Source: Anaerolineae bacterium (lineage in GTDB: Bacteria > Chloroflexota > Anaerolineae > DRVO01). Taken from it: DNA of 46,843 bases. The position numbers were made by a program, and so were the translations under genes. The notes beneath the pieces were generated by a model. That model made no database searches. It saw only the letters and a program-made list of their open reading frames with translations, and had not been told where the DNA came from. Position 1 is the stretch's first letter. Every line of letters begins with the position of its first letter. The stretch covers positions 1 through 46,843 of the forward strand of contig JAPWUW010000001.1 of assembly GCA_028275325.1 (NCBI GenBank), read 5' to 3'. This document shows, in pieces, positions 35,984 to 45,619 of the stretch.

Positions 35984-36771
35984 ATGCCGAGCTCGTCGCG
36001 CAAGTACTGCCGGCTGATCGCCGCGCTCTTGTAGCCGCACACGCGCGGCGCGTCCAGCTCCACGCAAAGGTAGCCCTCGAAACCGGCGCGGCGCAGAATG
36101 CGGGCAATGGCGGGGAAGTTGATCACGCCCCGGCCCAGCTCCCGAAAGTGGGACCACCAGGGCTGCTGCGGGTCAATGGGGAGGGCGATGTCCTTCATGT
36201 GCACATAACGAACGCGCGCCGCGTAGCGCTCAAATGTCTCCACCGGGTCCATGCCGCCCAGGACCGTGTGCGCGGTATCGAGCGTCAGGCCAAGCACGTC
36301 GGCTGGGATCTGCTTCATCATGTACTCAAGCTCAGGGGCGCGCTCCACGTTGGTGGCGTAATGCGGGTGCAGACAAACGGTGATGCCGTAGCGCTGGCCA
36401 AGCTCCGCGATCTCGCGCACCTGCCGGGCCGTCTCAGCCAGAAGCTCCGGCGACGGGCCACCTTCCGGCCGCCGGCCAGCTTGCAGGTTCATGACCTTCG
36501 GCCCGCGCCCCTGCAGGAAGCGCAGGTAACGCTCGGCGTTCGCCCGGTCTTTGGCGAAATCGCCCGAGAGATGGTGGTAGGCGCACACGAGCTTGACGCC
36601 GTAGCGGGCGAGGAGCTCATCGAACTCCGCCGGGTTGTCCTCAAAGAGGGCCACGATGGAGCTTATGTTCTCCACAGCGTCGTAGCCTATGTCGGAAACC
36701 TCTTTCAGGCCCTGCTCGAATTGTTCCTTGGCGTTTATGCCCCAGGTCCAGACGTTGATCGCTGCCTTCAT
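35980..36771 (-). CDS. Sugar phosphate isomerase/epimerase (xylose isomerase-like TIM barrel)
   Basis: GYDAVE..., ...ITVCLHPH..., LTLDTAHT..., VRYVHMKD..., GYLCVELD is the typical metal-ligand pattern of this family. Confidence 0.85.
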   Translation of the reverse strand: MKAAINVWTWGINAKEQFEQGLKEVSDIGYDAVENISSIVALFEDNPAEFDELLARYGVKLVCAYHHLSGDFAKDRANAERYLRFLQGRGPKVMNLQAGRRPEGGPSPELLAETARQVREIAELGQRYGITVCLHPHYATNVERAPELEYMMKQIPADVLGLTLDTAHTVLGGMDPVETFERYAARVRYVHMKDIALPIDPQQPWWSHFRELGRGVINFPAIARILRRAGFEGYLCVELDAPRVCGYKSAAISRQYLRDELGI

Positions 36772-36810
36772 GACATGTGCTCCTTGCGGTGTAGCAAACC
36801 TCTCCCCTGG

Positions 36811-36833
36811 CCCTTCCCCTGGCAGGGGAAGGG
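36811..36833 (-). other. Intercistronic GC-rich hairpin (CCCTTCCCC-TGGCA-GGGGAAGGG) between the amidohydrolase and isomerase genes
   Basis: A 9-bp perfect stem with a 5-nt loop, 11 nt downstream of the stop at 36844. No U-tract follows on the minus strand, so it is more likely an mRNA processing or stability element than a terminator. Confidence 0.35.
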
Positions 36834-36843
36834 AGTCGGGGCG

Positions 36844-37647
36844 TTAGGTCCAGCCGAAAATGCGCTCCGCGTTGCGGTGCAGGATGTTATGGCGGTCCTC
36901 GTCGCTTATGTGGGCGCACAGGACGCAGCCAATGGCGTACTGCGGGTCGAACCAGGGCAGGTCCTCCCCGTACAGCACCTTGTGCGAGCCCACCTCCCGC
37001 ACCATCCGCTCGATGATGCCATTTGCATGGTAGGCGGCAGTGAGCTCAAGGTAGATGTTGTCGTACTTGCGCGCCATCTCCAGCGCAAGATCCCACTGGC
37101 CGTAGCCGGAGTGCCCCATGAGGAGCTTGGCGCGAGGGTACTTCTCCGCCACCTCGGCCCAAAGCGCCGGCCCGTCGTACGGGCTGCCGCCCCAGGTGTG
37201 CATAAGCACCGGCAAGCCCCGCTCGTTGGCGTACTGCAGGGCCGGGGCGTAGTTGGGCCCCGTTATGGGGTAGCGGTGGTAGTCGGAGAGGAACTTGAAG
37301 CCCAAAAATCCCTCGGCCTGCTCGAAGGCGCGCAGCTGCGCCTCGATCTTCTGCGGGAAGTTGGGGTTGACGGCCCAGTAGCCGAAGAGCCGGCCCGGGT
37401 AGCGGGCGATGGCTTCCGCCATCACGGCATGGCCGCGCTCCGGATCCACCAGCGCAGCATGGGCGGCGCAGACAGCGCGCACGACGCCAGCCCGATCCAT
37501 CATCTTGATCATGCTCTCGGCCTCGCCACGCCCGGGGAAGTAGATGCCCTGGTATGGCCCATAGTGAGCGTGCGAGTTGACGACCGGGCAGCCTTCCGCC
37601 TTGCCCTTCTCCACGTATTCCTGCCAAAGCCGCGAAGGGTTCCTCAT
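36844..37647 (-). CDS. Amidohydrolase-2 family (COG2159, ACMSD/LigI-like metal-dependent TIM-barrel hydrolase/decarboxylase)
   Basis: VVNSHAHYG (HxH), ...LMHTWGG, ...LMGHSGYG, ...LYGEDLPW (Asp) gives a complete ligand set. Confidence 0.8.
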   Translation of the reverse strand: MRNPSRLWQEYVEKGKAEGCPVVNSHAHYGPYQGIYFPGRGEAESMIKMMDRAGVVRAVCAAHAALVDPERGHAVMAEAIARYPGRLFGYWAVNPNFPQKIEAQLRAFEQAEGFLGFKFLSDYHRYPITGPNYAPALQYANERGLPVLMHTWGGSPYDGPALWAEVAEKYPRAKLLMGHSGYGQWDLALEMARKYDNIYLELTAAYHANGIIERMVREVGSHKVLYGEDLPWFDPQYAIGCVLCAHISDEDRHNILHRNAERIFGWT

Positions 37648-38429
37648 GGCTTTGCCTCCTCGAGCAGCCGAGCCAGGTTCCCGCCAGCAATGAGCTCCTT
37701 ATCGGCCTCCGGGATGTCGGCGTTGAGCACGTTGAGCACCGGCCCACCCATAGGCACCTCCGGGTAGTGAGTGCCGAAAAGCAACCTCTCCGGCCCATAC
37801 TTGCGGCAGAAATCCTCCAGCCCTCGCCCTTGCTCATAGGTGGAAATATCGAGGTAGAAGTTGCGGTACCGCTCCACCAGCGGACGAAAATAGCGATCCT
37901 CCCCCCAGACGTGCTGCTCCGCCGCCACAAGCGTCAGGCGCGGGAACTGCGCAAGCAGAGTGTCTATGAGCTGCCAGCCGAAATGGTACGCCGCATGGCC
38001 AGAAAGGCCCGGCACCGCCTCCGTGAGCGGCAAAAACAGCGGGATCGAGCGCTCGATCAGCGCCTCAAAGAGCGGGCCAAACGTCGTCGCGCTCAGCAAG
38101 TACTTGTTGCGCGCCGGGAAAGCCCAGAGAGCCTTCACGCCGGCGCGGCGCATGGCGGCCAGGAAGGCATCCACGCTCTCGCCAAGCTCCCCCGTCTGCG
38201 GCGGCAGGATGACCCAGGCGGGGTGCAACCTTGGGTGGCCTTTCGTCTCGGCCACCACGAGCTCGTTGCCAACAAGGGGGGAGTCGGCGCGCTGCGCCGC
38301 GCAGGTGACCAGTGCCTCATCCACCCCGCACCAATCCATCTCGGCAAGGAGCTCCTCCGGCGTGGCCGCATACTGCGCCGGCGGCACATCGAAGATCCCA
38401 TAGCAAGCATTACAGTCAAAAAAGCGCAT
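37644..38429 (-). CDS. Amidohydrolase-2-like protein with substituted metal ligands
   Basis: Same fold pattern as the downstream paralog, but FDCNACYG replaces .D.H.H and LFGTHYPE replaces FG.D.P. Its stop overlaps the next start (ATGA). Confidence 0.7.
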   Translation of the reverse strand: MRFFDCNACYGIFDVPPAQYAATPEELLAEMDWCGVDEALVTCAAQRADSPLVGNELVVAETKGHPRLHPAWVILPPQTGELGESVDAFLAAMRRAGVKALWAFPARNKYLLSATTFGPLFEALIERSIPLFLPLTEAVPGLSGHAAYHFGWQLIDTLLAQFPRLTLVAAEQHVWGEDRYFRPLVERYRNFYLDISTYEQGRGLEDFCRKYGPERLLFGTHYPEVPMGGPVLNVLNADIPEADKELIAGGNLARLLEEAKP

Positions 38430-38448
38430 GCTCAGGCCTCCTGAGAGC

Positions 38449-39321
38449 CTATCCCTTCAACGCGCCCACCGTCAGCCCTTCGATGAAGTAGCGCTGCAGG
38501 AACACGAAGGCAATCACCAGCGGGACAACACTGACTATCGCAGCAGCAGAGGTGGCGCCGTAGTCAACTTGATATTCAGTGCGCATGAGGGCAAGGCCCA
38601 GTGGCAGTGTGTAGAGCTTCTTGGAGTTGACCACCACCAACGGCCAAATCAGCGAGTTCCAGCTCCCGGTGAAGTGCAGGATGGCAAGCGTCGTCAGCCC
38701 TGGCTTCGACAGAGGAAGTATCACATGCCAGAACACCTGAAGCTCCGACGCTCCATCGATAAGCGCCGCTTGCTCGAGCTCCGATGGCAACGTCTCAATG
38801 AATTGGCGCAACAGGAACACGCCCATTGCGCCGCCGATACCCGGCAAAATCAGCCCACCGTAACTGTCGACGAGGCCCAGCGCATTGACGACCAAGAAGG
38901 TAGGGATGAGCATCAACGCGCCTGGGATCATCAACGTAGCAAGAAGCGCTGCAAACAACACTCGCTTGCCGAAGAACTCCTTCTTGGCAAAGGTGTACCC
39001 GGCCATGGCACATACAAGAAGTGTGCCAACCGTGCTGACAGTAGCTACGATCGTGCTGTTGAGGAACCACCTACCAAAGGGCATGTTCGTGAAGATCTTC
39101 CGGAAGTTGATAAGTGTGGGCTCTTTCGGGATGATCTCCGGCGGGATCTTCACAAGAGAGTAGGATTCCTTGAACGCCGTACCAAAAATGAACAGGTATG
39201 GCCCCAGCATAAGCACGACAAGCCCGGCCAGCAGCAGATAGACGAACACAATTTGAGGCAGTGATATCAACCACTGCCTTCTGCCTGATCTACGCTGCAG
39301 GCTGACGGAAGCGCTAGGCAT
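38449..39321 (-). CDS. Carbohydrate ABC transporter permease (MalG-like)
   Basis: GPYLFIFGTAFK... and the EAA loop AALIDGASELQVFWHVILPL. Confidence 0.9.
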   Translation of the reverse strand: MPSASVSLQRRSGRRQWLISLPQIVFVYLLLAGLVVLMLGPYLFIFGTAFKESYSLVKIPPEIIPKEPTLINFRKIFTNMPFGRWFLNSTIVATVSTVGTLLVCAMAGYTFAKKEFFGKRVLFAALLATLMIPGALMLIPTFLVVNALGLVDSYGGLILPGIGGAMGVFLLRQFIETLPSELEQAALIDGASELQVFWHVILPLSKPGLTTLAILHFTGSWNSLIWPLVVVNSKKLYTLPLGLALMRTEYQVDYGATSAAAIVSVVPLVIAFVFLQRYFIEGLTVGALKG

Positions 39322-40264
39322 ACTCTATCTCCCTGCCAAGCACACGCATCTGCACGTAGGAAATGGGGGCAATTATACAGAGCAAGACAACACCCATTGC
39401 TGCAGCCAGGCCTAGCTGACTGTACCGGAACGCGTAGTTATAGATGTACCACACTATTGTCGCCGTGGAGTTCATCGGCCCTCCGTTCGTGAGCACGAAG
39501 ACCGTATCGAACAACTGGAAGGCCCAAATCGTGCCCATGACAACGGAAAAGAGTATAACTGGGCGCATGAGCGGGATCGTGACCTTGGTGGCCACCTGCC
39601 ACGCGTTTGCGCCATCTATCCGCGCTGCCTCCTTCAACTCCTGCGGTATGCCAATCATGGAGGCGATGAACAAGATGACGTGGAAGCCTATCCCGCGCCA
39701 CCACTCTATCAACGCGATGGAAAGCAACGCCAGGCGCGGGTTGCTGAGGAAGTAAATATCTCCCAACCCCAGCGCTGAGAGCGCATAGCTCAGCAAGCCG
39801 AAGCGCGGCGCCAAAATGTAGCTCCAAATCTGCGCTGCCGCCGCAGGGGCCGCAAGTATGGGGAAGTAAACAACAGCCCGGAAGAAATCCCTTCCTCTGA
39901 CATACCTGTTGGTAATGAGGAAGGCCAACCCAAGGGCTGAAAAGACCGCTATTGGGACGATTGTCGCCACGTACTTGACAGTATTCAGGAGTACAGTGCG
40001 CGTGATCGTGTCATGCGGCAAGTAGGCAAAGTTTCTGAAGCCGACGAAGGTCTTCGGCCCCGCTAAAAGGCCTTTCTGCAGCGACAACCACAGCGCAGAT
40101 ACGAACGGGATAGCCGTAAAAGTCACAAACAGCACAAAGAAGGGCAGAAGAAATAGGTATGCTACAACGTTGCGACGAACCGCTGTGCGCGAAACCCTCC
40201 GGCGCGCCACCCTGCTAGATGGCCGCACCGCCTCTGCAACCTCCACCCTGGCTGTAGCATCCAT
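39314..40264 (-). CDS. Carbohydrate ABC transporter permease (MalF-like)
   Basis: Six TM helices and the EAA loop AARIDGANAWQVATKVTIPLM. Overlaps the next permease by 8 nt. Confidence 0.9.
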   Translation of the reverse strand: MDATARVEVAEAVRPSSRVARRRVSRTAVRRNVVAYLFLLPFFVLFVTFTAIPFVSALWLSLQKGLLAGPKTFVGFRNFAYLPHDTITRTVLLNTVKYVATIVPIAVFSALGLAFLITNRYVRGRDFFRAVVYFPILAAPAAAAQIWSYILAPRFGLLSYALSALGLGDIYFLSNPRLALLSIALIEWWRGIGFHVILFIASMIGIPQELKEAARIDGANAWQVATKVTIPLMRPVILFSVVMGTIWAFQLFDTVFVLTNGGPMNSTATIVWYIYNYAFRYSQLGLAAAMGVVLLCIIAPISYVQMRVLGREIEYA

Positions 40265-40295
40265 CGCTTTTCCTTAGGCAAAACAAGCTCTATTT

Positions 40296-40326
40296 CAGCG
40301 CAGGGGAGCAACGCCCCCCTGCGCTG
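40296..40326 (-). other. Perfect 11-bp stem-loop between the SBP and first permease gene
   Basis: CAGCGCAGGGG-AGCAACGCC-CCCCTGCGCTG, 20 nt downstream of the SBP stop. This is the typical position of a partial terminator or stabiliser that raises SBP:permease stoichiometry. Confidence 0.45.
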
Positions 40327-40345
40327 TACGCAGCTCGCACCTGCG

Positions 40346-41713
40346 CTACGCTTGCTGCGCCTCCTTGAGGATATCGTTAACCTTCGCAGTCAGTTCCTTG
40401 AGAGCCTCATCCACCTTCATCTGGCCGAGCTGGATGGCCTCAATGTAGGTGGCCTCGATGTCCCAGAACTTGAAAACCCATTCTGTGTACGGCCAGAAGA
40501 AGTGGAACTTGCGCCCCGTCTCGCCCACGCTCAGAACTGGATCGTCTTGGAACAGGAAGACGTCAGAGCGGGCAGTCGCAAAGCCAAGGCAGCCCAGCCA
40601 GGACTTCAGCGCATCCGGCGTGACCAGCCACTGCACTAGCGTCCATGCTTCTTTCACGTGCTTGCTCGCCTTCGCGATAGCTAGGGCTCCCACGCCGCCG
40701 TAGGCAGCACGGCCGGCAGGCTCATCCGCTGGACCTTTCGGCACGAAGGCACCACCGAGCTTCAGGTTCGGGTTGTCGCGCCGCAAGGAGTTGGCGACAA
40801 TGCTCTGATATGTCGTCATACCCACCTTGCCGTCCCTGAAGTAACCATAGGCGCCCGGCTCCTGGCCAGTTATAGCGGCGGGCATGGCCACCTGGTGCTT
40901 GAAGAACAGGTCGGCCATGAACTGGTACCCCTCGATAAACTCCTTCGAGTCGGCCAGGCACTGAGTGTAATCCTTGTTGAACCATTGGCCGCCCCAGCGA
41001 ATTCCCCAGTAGCCATTCTCGTGCCAGTCCCTTGGCCCAACTGCGTATCCATATATGTCGTCACCGAGAGCACGAATCTTCAGCGCATAGTCGACGAACT
41101 GCTCCATCGTATCGGGGGGCGTTTCAGGGTCGAGCCCAGCCTTCTCAAAGAGCTCCTTGTTCCACATGAGGATCGAGCCGCCCTCAATCCAGGGCATGGC
41201 ATAGATCTTTCCATCGTAAGTTACAATTTCGATTGCCCGCTCCAACATCACTTTCAGGTCGAACCCCGACTCAGCAATCAGCTCGTCCAGCGGCAAGATG
41301 TTGCCCGCCTTGACGAACGTCGGGAAGGACTCGGTCTGATAGCTGACGTCAGGCGGCTGGCCCGCAGCGAAGGCTGCGCTGAACTTCTCATTATAGCCGG
41401 ACCAGGGCACTTCTTGGAACTCCACTTTGATGCTCGGGTACTGGGCCATGAACTTCTCAAGGGTTGGCCCGGCGCACAACTTCGTCTCGTCGCCAGCTGC
41501 CTTGTGAGGCCCCTTCCAGAAGGTCAAAGTCACCACCTCACCACTAGGTGGTGCAGCCGTTGCTGCCGGTGCCTCGGTCGGCTTCTCCTCCACCTTGGGT
41601 GCTTCTGTGGCCGCTGGCGCAGCCGTCGGCGCGCCCGCGCAGCCCGCGAGCACCGCTGCCCCCATGCCAATCCCGACAAACCGCAAGAGCTCACGCCTGC
41701 TGATTGCCCTCAT
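40346..41713 (-). CDS. ABC transporter extracellular solute-binding protein (family 1), Tat/lipoprotein signal
   Basis: MRAISRRELLRFVGIGMGAAVLAGCAG (RR motif + lipobox), then the SBP_bac_1 pattern (LTFWKG..., WNKELFEKAGLDPE...). AGGAGG RBS. Confidence 0.9.
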   Translation of the reverse strand: MRAISRRELLRFVGIGMGAAVLAGCAGAPTAAPAATEAPKVEEKPTEAPAATAAPPSGEVVTLTFWKGPHKAAGDETKLCAGPTLEKFMAQYPSIKVEFQEVPWSGYNEKFSAAFAAGQPPDVSYQTESFPTFVKAGNILPLDELIAESGFDLKVMLERAIEIVTYDGKIYAMPWIEGGSILMWNKELFEKAGLDPETPPDTMEQFVDYALKIRALGDDIYGYAVGPRDWHENGYWGIRWGGQWFNKDYTQCLADSKEFIEGYQFMADLFFKHQVAMPAAITGQEPGAYGYFRDGKVGMTTYQSIVANSLRRDNPNLKLGGAFVPKGPADEPAGRAAYGGVGALAIAKASKHVKEAWTLVQWLVTPDALKSWLGCLGFATARSDVFLFQDDPVLSVGETGRKFHFFWPYTEWVFKFWDIEATYIEAIQLGQMKVDEALKELTAKVNDILKEAQQA

Positions 41714-41777
41714 CTTGAAACCTCCTTTCCCACAGTCTGGAGAGTATGCGCAGCCTCAAGCTGCGCGGATTAGGCCC

Positions 41778-43061
41778 CTAAAGAAGCGCCTCCGCCACCT
41801 TCCTTATGGCGGCAACTGTCTCCTCACAGTCCTGCTCCGTGAGGAGTGGGCTAACGTTGAGGTGCACCGCCCGCCCCAGTAGCTCCAGGGTTCTCGGGCA
41901 CATGTCCTCGGAATACTCCGCCTTGCCCTTGTAGAACGGGCAAGTGAACGGGCAGCCTGTCGGTGTCGCCGTCCTCTTGTGCAGTATGTGCGTCCAGTGC
42001 CGGTAGATGTGCCAATCCGGCACGCCCTCGTCGTACATCGAGCCTGCCGACACCCTCTCCGCGCGCAACGCCTCTGCCACCAGCTTCGCCCGCTCCCCGT
42101 TCTCCACGAAGAAGATGAGGCAGATGCCCGTGTCGCCCTCGGGGTCGTGCAGCCGACGCAGCTGGATCTGCGCCAGATCCGCAATTCCCTCCCGGATGAT
42201 GCGCTTGTTGCGACGCATGCGCGCAAGCAAGTCCTCCAACTTGCCAAGCTGCGCCAACGCCAGGGCACCGGTGATCTCGCTCATGCGATAGTTGGTGCCG
42301 CCCGTGAAGGGCTCAACCGTGGACTGTTCACCGCGCCGCCATGCCCCGGCCGAGTCGTGGAACATGCGCGCCCGGTCATAGAGCCGCTTGTCGTCGGTCA
42401 GGACGACGCCACCTTCGCCAGAGGTGATGATCTTGTGGTACTGCAGGCTGAAGCAGCCAACATCGCCAAACGTGCCCAGCCGCTTGCCCTTGTAGCTGCC
42501 ACCATCGCTCTGGGCGACGTCCTCAATCACCAGGAGATTGCGTCGCCTGGCCAGCGCCATGATGGCATCCATATCGCACGGCGCACCGCGCATGTGCACC
42601 GGCATGATGGCCTTCGTATACGGCGTTATCTTCCGCTCCACGTCGGCTGGGTCAAGCGTGAGCGAATCGTCCACCTCGGCAATGATCGGGATGGCGTTGG
42701 CCGCTATGACTGCCGCGGCGCTCGCTATGAAGGTGTAGGCCGGCACAATGACCTCATCCCCCGGGCCGATGCCCAGTGCCACAAGCCCCGTGTGCAGGGC
42801 AGCAGTCCCGGAAGTCACCCCCAGGGCGTACTTGGCGCCCATGTGCCGGGCAAAAGCCTGCTCAAATTGCGCCACCTTCGAGGGCCGATCGGTCACGCCG
42901 TAGTACCGGAACAGGTTCTTGCTCTCCAGCACGTCCAAGACGGCCTGCCTCTCCTCCTCGCCGATCTCCATCCCACCCGGGAACATGGGCGGGTCCGGCC
43001 TGGTCCGCGCTGGCGTGCCGCCGTAAAGGGCAAGCTCCTTCTGCGCCGCATCCACTCCCAT
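41778..43061 (-). CDS. DegT/DnrJ/EryC1/StrS-family PLP-dependent sugar aminotransferase
   Basis: ...GVTSGTAALHTGLVALGIGPGDEVIVPAYTFIASA..., ...VIEDVAQS..., ...GCFSLQYHKIITSGEGGVV (PLP Lys). The ATG at 43061 is preceded by AAGGTGAGGG. The track ORF begins at GTG 43073. Confidence 0.88.
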   Translation of the reverse strand: MGVDAAQKELALYGGTPARTRPDPPMFPGGMEIGEEERQAVLDVLESKNLFRYYGVTDRPSKVAQFEQAFARHMGAKYALGVTSGTAALHTGLVALGIGPGDEVIVPAYTFIASAAAVIAANAIPIIAEVDDSLTLDPADVERKITPYTKAIMPVHMRGAPCDMDAIMALARRRNLLVIEDVAQSDGGSYKGKRLGTFGDVGCFSLQYHKIITSGEGGVVLTDDKRLYDRARMFHDSAGAWRRGEQSTVEPFTGGTNYRMSEITGALALAQLGKLEDLLARMRRNKRIIREGIADLAQIQLRRLHDPEGDTGICLIFFVENGERAKLVAEALRAERVSAGSMYDEGVPDWHIYRHWTHILHKRTATPTGCPFTCPFYKGKAEYSEDMCPRTLELLGRAVHLNVSPLLTEQDCEETVAAIRKVAEALL

Positions 43062-43110
43062 GGAAACCCTCACCTTGAGTCTCGGAACGATCTCAATTCA
43101 CTTCTCTGTA

Positions 43111-43140
43111 AATATAAGGCACAAGGACCCGAACCCCCAA
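43111..43140 (-). promoter_or_regulatory. Candidate promoter of the DegT-led operon (-35 TTGGGG, 18-nt spacer, -10 TATATT on the minus strand)
   Basis: The reverse complement of 43135-43140 is TTGGGG and of 43111-43116 is TATATT. It lies about 50 nt upstream of the ATG at 43061. Confidence 0.3.
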
Positions 43141-43148
43141 GGGCTACA

Positions 43149-43177
43149 GTGCCAAAAAAGTGCCAAAGAGTGCCAAA
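43149..43177. promoter_or_regulatory. Three direct repeats GTGCCAAA at 11- and 10-bp spacing, immediately upstream of the candidate -35
   Basis: GTGCCAAA begins at 43149, 43160 and 43170, giving helical phasing. On the minus strand these read TTTGGCAC x3. Confidence 0.35.
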
Positions 43178-43208
43178 CACCCCCGAGCCCCAGAGGCACG
43201 GGGGTGTT
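43176..43208 (-). terminator. Probable intrinsic terminator of copA
   Basis: A perfect 10-bp stem AACACCCCCG / CGGGGGTGTT with a 13-nt loop, 42 nt downstream of the copA stop. On the minus strand it is followed by the T-rich TGGCACTCTTTGGCACTTTTTTGG. The U-tract does not directly abut the stem. Confidence 0.5.
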
Positions 43209-43249
43209 AGCTCAAAGAGGAGAATTGCTCGTGGCAGCCAGAGCCAGTG

Positions 43250-45619
43250 CTACACAGGCGGCCGCCACCTCTGCAGGCGCAAGGCGTTGCCCACGACAAA
43301 AAGCGAGCTCATGGCCATGGCGGAAGCCGCCCAGGCTGGCTGCAGCAGCCCCACCATGGCCGCGGGGATGAGCAGCACGTTGTAGAAGAAGGCCCAGAAG
43401 AGGTTCTGCCGTACCGCGCGCAGCACCCTGCGCGCAAGGCGCAAGGCCCTGGGCACGGCCAGAAGATCGCTTGCGAGGATAGCAATATCGGCCGCCTCCA
43501 GCGCAGCTGCCGCCCCACTCCCTAGGGCAATCCCAAGGTCGGCCTGGGCGAGCGCTGCCGCGTCATTGATGCCATCCCCAACCATGGCCACCGCTCCACC
43601 CTCCGCCTGCAGCCGCCGGACCTCCGCCACCTTGCCCTGTGGCAGCACCCCCGCTGCGACCCGATCCGCCCCTACCGCCCGGCCCACTTCCTCCGCCACC
43701 TCTTGGCGATCCCCTGAAAGGATCACCACCTGCAACCCTAGCTCTTTGAGGGCCTGCACTGCCTCCCGCGCGTTGGGCCGGAGCCTATCGGCCACAAGCA
43801 GGGCGCCAGCATAGCGCCCATCGATCCCCACGTGAACGTTTGCCCTCTCGAGCTGGCCATCCGGCAGCCCTGCCAGGCCGAGCCGTTCCCGCAGGAAGGC
43901 AGCGCTGCCCACGAGCACCTCGTGCCCCTCCACGCGCGCCACAACCCCCTGCCCTGCAAACTCCTGGAGCTCTTCGCCACGAGGCAGGCGCAAGCTACGG
44001 GAGCGCGCTGCCTCGACCACCGCCTCAGCGAGCGGATGCGCCGAGGCAGCTTCGGCGGCTGCCGCGTAGCGCAGGAGCACGCCCTCATCGAACGGCGGTT
44101 CCGGGAAGCTTGCCAAAAGCTGCGGCCTGCCTTCCGTTAGCGTGCCCGTCTTGTCCAGGATTACCGTGGCAACCCTGCCGGCGCTTTCCAGCGCCTCGGC
44201 ACCACGGATGAGGATGCCCAGCTGTGCGCCTCGGCCCGTCCCAGCGGCGATGGCCGCCGGTGTTGCTAGCCCCAGAGCACAGGGGCAGGAGACGACAACG
44301 ACTGCCACAGCGTGCATCAGCGCGGCATCAAAACCATGGCCGCTAAGGAGCCAGGCCAAGAAGGTGGCCAGCGCCAGAAAGAGCACCAGCGGCACAAACC
44401 GTGCCGACACCCGATCCGCAAGGCGCTGGATGGAGGCCTTTGAGCCCTGCGCCTGAGCCACGAGCCGCGCGATCTGGGCAAGGAGCGAATCCTCGCCCAC
44501 CCCCGTGGCGCGCACTCGCAGCAGCCTCAGGCCGTTCACCGTCCCACCGTAGACGGTGCTGCCCGGCCCCTTCGGCACCGGCTCGCTCTCCCCCGTCAGC
44601 ATGGATTCATCCACGGCCGAAGTGCCCTCGAGCACGATGCCATCCACAGGGATCCGCTCTCCTGGCCCAACGACGACCACATCTCCAAGCTGCACGCGCT
44701 CAAGCGGCCTCTCCTCGAGCGCACCCTCCACCTCCACGCGGGCCGTCGATGGCTGCAGCGAGAGGAGAGCGCGCAGCGCCCCCGAGGCGCGCCGCCTGGC
44801 ACCTGCCTCCAGGTACTTGCCAAGCAGCACAAGCGTGGCAATGATGGCCGCCGCCTCAAAGTGCACAGGGCCGTGCAGGAATAGCAGCGAGATCACACTG
44901 TAGCTGTAGGCCGTCCCGGTCCCCACGGCGATGAGGACGTCCATATTAGGCGAGCGGTTGCGCAGGGCCTTTGCCGCGCCGCTCAGGAATCCCCGCGCGC
45001 TGTAGCCCATGACGGGCGTGGCCAGAAGCCAAAGGAGCCACGGCCGCAACGCGAAATCGCGCGCCAGGCCGAGCTCAAAGGGCAGGTTGAGGAGTAGGAT
45101 CGGCACTGTACAGGCAACGGCCACCGCCAGCCTTCGGCGCTGTCGGCGCACCTCCTTTTCCTGCGCTTCCTCCAAAGCAAGGGGATGCTCCTTCTCGCCC
45201 CAAGCCACCTCGTAGCCCGCGGCCACAACTGCCTCTTTGATCTGCCGCAGGCTCACGAGCGTCGGCACAAACTGCACGCGGGCGCGTTCCGTCGCCAGGC
45301 TCACCTCGACAGAGACCACCCCTGGCAGCCTGCGGATCGCCTGCTCGACCGCGTGGGCGCAGCTTGCGCAGGTCATGCCAAAGACGGCAAAGTCCGCCGT
45401 CACCGTGCCGAGCGCATAGCCAGCTTTCTCCACCCGCGCCGCAAGCTCCGCAAGGGGAACCTCCCCGCTCAGCTCAAGCTGCGCTTCGTCCGTGGCCAGG
45501 CTCACGCTCACGTGGGCGACGCCTGGCGCCGCGCCCAGCGCGCGCTCCACGGCCCGCGCGCAGTTGGCGCACGTCATGCCAACGATCGGCAGCCGCACCA
45601 GCCTCCGCTCTTCAGGCAC
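43250..45619 (-). CDS. copA: Copper-translocating P1B-type ATPase with two N-terminal HMA domains
   Basis: [12 protein letters not shown] and [12 protein letters not shown] (HMA domains), CPC motif [32 protein letters not shown] start overlaps the copZ stop. Confidence 0.95.
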   Translation of the reverse strand: MPEERRLVRLPIVGMTCANCARAVERALGAAPGVAHVSVSLATDEAQLELSGEVPLAELAARVEKAGYALGTVTADFAVFGMTCASCAHAVEQAIRRLPGVVSVEVSLATERARVQFVPTLVSLRQIKEAVVAAGYEVAWGEKEHPLALEEAQEKEVRRQRRRLAVAVACTVPILLLNLPFELGLARDFALRPWLLWLLATPVMGYSARGFLSGAAKALRNRSPNMDVLIAVGTGTAYSYSVISLLFLHGPVHFEAAAIIATLVLLGKYLEAGARRRASGALRALLSLQPSTARVEVEGALEERPLERVQLGDVVVVGPGERIPVDGIVLEGTSAVDESMLTGESEPVPKGPGSTVYGGTVNGLRLLRVRATGVGEDSLLAQIARLVAQAQGSKASIQRLADRVSARFVPLVLFLALATFLAWLLSGHGFDAALMHAVAVVVVSCPCALGLATPAAIAAGTGRGAQLGILIRGAEALESAGRVATVILDKTGTLTEGRPQLLASFPEPPFDEGVLLRYAAAAEAASAHPLAEAVVEAARSRSLRLPRGEELQEFAGQGVVARVEGHEVLVGSAAFLRERLGLAGLPDGQLERANVHVGIDGRYAGALLVADRLRPNAREAVQALKELGLQVVILSGDRQEVAEEVGRAVGADRVAAGVLPQGKVAEVRRLQAEGGAVAMVGDGINDAAALAQADLGIALGSGAAAALEAADIAILASDLLAVPRALRLARRVLRAVRQNLFWAFFYNVLLIPAAMVGLLQPAWAASAMAMSSLFVVGNALRLQRWRPPV

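Noticed and set aside
43149-43177. Sigma54 promoter reading of the TTTGGCAC repeats (TGGCAC as a -24 element)
   Set aside because: No TTGC(A/T) -12 element lies at the required 4-5-nt spacing after any of the three TGGCAC copies; the next element is another TGGCAC. No enhancer-binding protein gene is nearby.
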